Shown one piece after another: positions 60,647 to 64,000 of a stretch of 64,000 nucleotides of DNA. The notes below the pieces were generated by a model. The model worked only from the letters and a program-made list of their open reading frames with translations, was not told where the DNA came from and did not search any database. Each line of letters opens with the position of its first letter. Position 1 is the first letter of the stretch. The position numbers were made by a program, and so were the translations under genes. This DNA is from Lysobacterales bacterium (GTDB lineage: Bacteria > Pseudomonadota > Gammaproteobacteria > Xanthomonadales > SZUA-5). The stretch is from NCBI GenBank assembly GCA_022844165.1, contig JALHMH010000015.1, positions 1 through 64,000 of the forward strand. The letters run 5' to 3'.

Positions 60647-61477
60647 ATGAGCGATTCAAAGCCAGTATTCGTAGAAGTTGCGCCGAATGCCTTCGTTTTT
60701 CGCGAGGGCGACGTCGGAACCGATATGTACATCATCGAAACCGGTACTGTCGAGGTGCTCCGCGAAGCGCGCGGCGGCGATCCGATCGCGGTGCTTGGCG
60801 CCGGGGACTTTTTCGGCGAGATGGCCATCTTGGAAGACCAGCCGCGGTTCGCGGCTGTGCGCGCAACCTCTGCGGCGCGACTGTTGAAGGTCGATCGTGC
60901 CGCTTTCGCTGGCATGCTGCGCGACAACTTCGAGATTGCCGTGCGCATCATGCGCAAGCTGGTGGCGCGGTTGCGCCGAACGGAAGAGCAGTTGCAACAA
61001 GCGCAAAATGAGCTGGATTTGTTGCGCCGCGGCGGGCCAGACAAGGCTGCGCCAGTGAAGCCGAGTCGCGATACAGTCAAGTCTGATGTCGCTAAACTAT
61101 CGCCGACGCCCAGCAAACGCATTACCCCAATCGATCCGAACACGATCGGCAAACCCATCAAATTGGTTCATGCTCCAAGCGGCAGCGAGTTTGCGCTCGC
61201 GACGGGCAGGCAAGAGATGCTGATTGGTCGACCAGACCCGGTCACCGGATTGTTGCCAGAAATCAACCTTGGACCGTTGGACACTCAGCGCAGTCTGTCG
61301 CGGCGGCACGCTAAAATCATCAACGAAGCGGGCATATTTTTTCTGCGCGAAGAAGTCGGTACGACGAACGGTACTTTCGTCAACAACGAGCGTATTGCGA
61401 CCGGGCAAGCGCGTCCTTTGGCACCAGGCGATCAGTTGCGCTTCGGTTCCGTCGAATTAGTCGTACAAGCGATTTGA
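60647..61477 (+). CDS. cyclic-nucleotide-binding domain plus FHA domain protein
   Basis: FREGD, GDFFGEMA...PRFA; IGR...SRRHA...TNGTFVN. Confidence 0.88.
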   Translation: MSDSKPVFVEVAPNAFVFREGDVGTDMYIIETGTVEVLREARGGDPIAVLGAGDFFGEMAILEDQPRFAAVRATSAARLLKVDRAAFAGMLRDNFEIAVRIMRKLVARLRRTEEQLQQAQNELDLLRRGGPDKAAPVKPSRDTVKSDVAKLSPTPSKRITPIDPNTIGKPIKLVHAPSGSEFALATGRQEMLIGRPDPVTGLLPEINLGPLDTQRSLSRRHAKIINEAGIFFLREEVGTTNGTFVNNERIATGQARPLAPGDQLRFGSVELVVQAI

Positions 61478-61488
61478 GGAGGATGGAA

Positions 61489-62508
61489 ATGGCGCTGGAT
61501 CTCGATAAACTCGATCTGTCGGCAGTCGATTCACTAGTGACGCTCAAAGCCGAACAGGATCAGTTGGGCGAGCGCCTGAAAGCCATGGCGGCACGACGCG
61601 AGCAGGTATCGGCCGCTGTGTTTGCCCGCGTGCATGACGACTATCGGCAGCGCTTCGATGAGCTGGCGCAGCAGGCCACGCCTCTGAAGGTTGCCGCCGG
61701 CGTTGTCTATCGGGCATTGAAGGAAGAGCTTGAAAGCCTCGAAGCCGCCGTTGCGACAGCGGCGACGGATCGCGAAGAAATCGAGTTCCGCCACAGCCTT
61801 GGCGAATTCGACGCAGCGGGACTCAAAGAGCGGTTGGCGGTTGTCGAGAAGCGTTTGGGCGCGCAAGGCACCCGGCGCGAAGCTGCGATGGCTCTCAAAG
61901 CCCGCTTTCTGGCGGTCGTCAGCAGCGAAGCAGAACTCGATTGCGACGATGGCGACACGGCTCGCCTGACCGCGATGGCCGCGCCCGATGGTCATTCGGC
62001 GACGGTCATTGCAGTGCCGGTTGCGGCGCCTCAAGGCGACTACTCGGCGACCATTGTTGCGGCGCCCGTTGTTGCTCCGCCGCCGCCTCCTGCGGCGGTG
62101 GCAACGATGCCGAGCGTTACCCTGGCAGCCGGCGCACCCCCGGCGCAGACGCTGGCGTCTTCGGCGGCTGCTGGCAAGCCCCTTAAAGCACGCAATCCGG
62201 ATGCAACCGTGGTGTTCCGTCAGGGCCGGCTGGAGCCGCGCAACGGCGATGCTGGTTCAGTTGTGCAGACCTTGGGTCTAAAGCCAGTTAGCATCGGCGC
62301 GGATGGCGCTTGCGATGTACAGTTGGCCGTTGCTGGCGTCAGCAAAAAGCACGTTGAGATCAGCATGACGCGCGCCGGTTTTCAAGTGCGCGATGTAGCG
62401 GGTTCCAAGATTGTGAAAGTCAACGGTGAGACGATCAGCGAGAAGGTACTCGTTGACGGCGACACTCTCAGCGTGGGTTCCGCACAGTTCGGCTTCCGCT
62501 TGATGTAG
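61489..62508 (+). CDS. coiled-coil protein with C-terminal degenerate FHA domain
   Basis: Helical N-terminus, Pro/Ala linker, IGAD...VSKKH...VNG...LVDGD. Confidence 0.78.
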   Translation: MALDLDKLDLSAVDSLVTLKAEQDQLGERLKAMAARREQVSAAVFARVHDDYRQRFDELAQQATPLKVAAGVVYRALKEELESLEAAVATAATDREEIEFRHSLGEFDAAGLKERLAVVEKRLGAQGTRREAAMALKARFLAVVSSEAELDCDDGDTARLTAMAAPDGHSATVIAVPVAAPQGDYSATIVAAPVVAPPPPPAAVATMPSVTLAAGAPPAQTLASSAAAGKPLKARNPDATVVFRQGRLEPRNGDAGSVVQTLGLKPVSIGADGACDVQLAVAGVSKKHVEISMTRAGFQVRDVAGSKIVKVNGETISEKVLVDGDTLSVGSAQFGFRLM

Positions 62509-62543
62509 CGTTGCGGCCTGGAATTCGATCCTCAGAGGACATC

Positions 62544-63086
62544 ATGGCGCTTGAGATAGGCAACGAAACGATCAGCGACTTTAGAGTGTTGCGGTTGAAG
62601 GGCCGACTCGATACCGAGACCAGTGCTGACTTCGAATTGGCCGCGCATGATCTTACCGAGGCTGGCGACAAGCGCTTTATCGTGGATCTGTCGGAGATCA
62701 GCTACGTCAGTTCCGCCGGATTGCGCGTGCTGTTGGCGCTCGCGAAACAGACGGACGACACCTCAGGTGGTGTGTTGCGGTTATCTGGAATGAGCAGCAC
62801 GGTCAGGCAAGTATTTGATCTTTCGGGTTTTTCGAAACTCTTTCACATCGCTCCCGATCTGGATGCGGCGCTTCGCGGCGATGTTGCGGCGGCCACACCG
62901 TCGTCGCCGTCAGCAAAGGTCTCACGCACCGCAGCCGACTTGCTCGGCGCCAGCGGCGGCGGTCCATCCAGACCCGCGCCGCGGTCGGCCGACGTAGGCC
63001 GCCAGGCAGGTAGTCTGCTAGGGGCGCCTGCTGCTCCAAAGCGCAGCCTGTGGGCGCGAATTTTGGGTTGGTTCAAGGGCCAGTAG
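62544..63086 (+). CDS. STAS-domain anti-sigma-factor antagonist
   Basis: LKGRLD, VDLSEISYVSSAGLRVLL, VFDLSGF. Confidence 0.88.
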   Translation: MALEIGNETISDFRVLRLKGRLDTETSADFELAAHDLTEAGDKRFIVDLSEISYVSSAGLRVLLALAKQTDDTSGGVLRLSGMSSTVRQVFDLSGFSKLFHIAPDLDAALRGDVAAATPSSPSAKVSRTAADLLGASGGGPSRPAPRSADVGRQAGSLLGAPAAPKRSLWARILGWFKGQ

Positions 63087-63112
63087 CCCGGATCTTTTTG
63101 ACTATCGACCAG

Positions 63113-63230
63113 CAGGCAGTTGAGACGCTGCCTGCTGGTGCGAAGCAGGGATGGTTCGCTCATGGATCGAGCACGCATGTGGTTGATCCATAGAGAGAGC
63201 GAGTACCGACACGCGTTTTTCAACAACTTT
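63113..63230. mobile_element. MITE family B, diverged inverted copy (CCAG/TCAG flanks)
   Basis: Reverse complement resembles 58725-58828. Confidence 0.65.
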
Positions 63231-63243
63231 TCAGGAGAAGTTT

Positions 63244-63723
63244 ATGGCGATTCAAGTCGGCGACCGTTTGCCCTCAGGCACGCTTGCTTATCTCAAAGAC
63301 GGCGTGCAACACATCAGCACCGATGACTTGTTTGCCGGCAAGATGGTCGTGATGTTCGCCGTCCCCGGAGCTTTCACGCCCACTTGTTCGGCCCGGCATT
63401 TGCCCGGCTATGTCGACAAACTGGAGGAACTCAAAGCCAAGGGCGTCGATTCAATCGTATGCCTCTCGGTCAACGATGCCTTCGTGATGGATGCGTGGCG
63501 CAAGAGTCAGTCTATTCCTGACGATGTGCAAATGTTTGCGGATGGCAATGCTGTTTACGCCAAGGCGCTGGGCCTGGAGCTCGATGCCAGTAAATTTGGC
63601 ATGGGTACTCGTAGCCAGCGCTTTGCGCTGGTCGCTAAAGATGGCGTTGTGACGCAAATGTTCGTTGAGGCGCCGGGCGAGTTCAAGGTGTCGAGCGCCG
63701 AGCATGTATTGAGCGCACTCTAA
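63244..63723 (+). CDS. peroxiredoxin (Prx5-like)
   Basis: VPGAFTPTCS, SVNDAFVM, RSQRFA. Confidence 0.93.
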   Translation: MAIQVGDRLPSGTLAYLKDGVQHISTDDLFAGKMVVMFAVPGAFTPTCSARHLPGYVDKLEELKAKGVDSIVCLSVNDAFVMDAWRKSQSIPDDVQMFADGNAVYAKALGLELDASKFGMGTRSQRFALVAKDGVVTQMFVEAPGEFKVSSAEHVLSAL

Positions 63724-63726
63724 CCC

Positions 63727-64000
63727 ATGCACGCGGTCGCGCTGAAGCGATTTCCGGTGGGCGTGCCGTGTGCGGAAGATTTTGTCATTGTCGCAAACGA
63801 TGTGCCGTCCGGCGACGCAGGTGCGCGGCTCCGTGTGCGTTACTTGTCGCTCGATCCTTACCTGCGTGGCGTCATGAGTGGTCGCCACATGGGTCACTCC
63901 ATGGCGCTCGGCGATGTCGTGCCGGGTGGTGGCGTTGCGGAAGTGATCGACTCGACAACGCCAGAGTTCGTTCGAGGTGAGTTTGTACAAGGCGAGACGG
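63727..64000 (+). CDS. NADP-dependent oxidoreductase (CurA/PTGR-like), partial
   Basis: MHAVALKRFPVGVP...YLSLDPYLRG; runs off the window end. Confidence 0.8.
   Translation, partial: MHAVALKRFPVGVPCAEDFVIVANDVPSGDAGARLRVRYLSLDPYLRGVMSGRHMGHSMALGDVVPGGGVAEVIDSTTPEFVRGEFVQGET

Noticed and set aside
1-64000. CRISPR array or prophage
   Set aside because: No regularly spaced repeat-spacer series, cas genes or phage structural genes seen

Overview
GC-rich gammaproteobacterial chromosome segment. Gene content and order (rnfB-metG-apbC, pdxJ, QEGLA protein, hslVU) suggest Lysobacterales/Xanthomonadales. The core genes are hemH, metG, apbC, pdxJ, sod, bfd-bfr, rnpB, tRNA-Phe, a thiolase, hslVU and ribB. 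Highlights: (1) three unrelated secreted proteins end in the identical heptapeptide LFANGFE with different codons, a candidate C-terminal sorting or secretion signal. (2) A sigma54-type rtcB-rtcA RNA-repair operon has a leader that looks like a deletion scar, fusing the start of a Ro60/Rsr (TROVE) gene to half of a tRNA-like Y RNA. (3) An orphan Rhs-type toxin tip with an L,D-transpeptidase-like H...GC motif is followed by a signal-peptide immunity gene. (4) At least four families of miniature transposable elements occur, most with 4-bp target duplications, including a three-element stack and an IS630 end. (5) A cNMP-FHA / FHA / STAS signalling operon, a SET-domain islet, and a crotonase plus nitrilase cluster with non-canonical catalytic residues are present. 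All calls come from reading motifs by eye; no searches were run.
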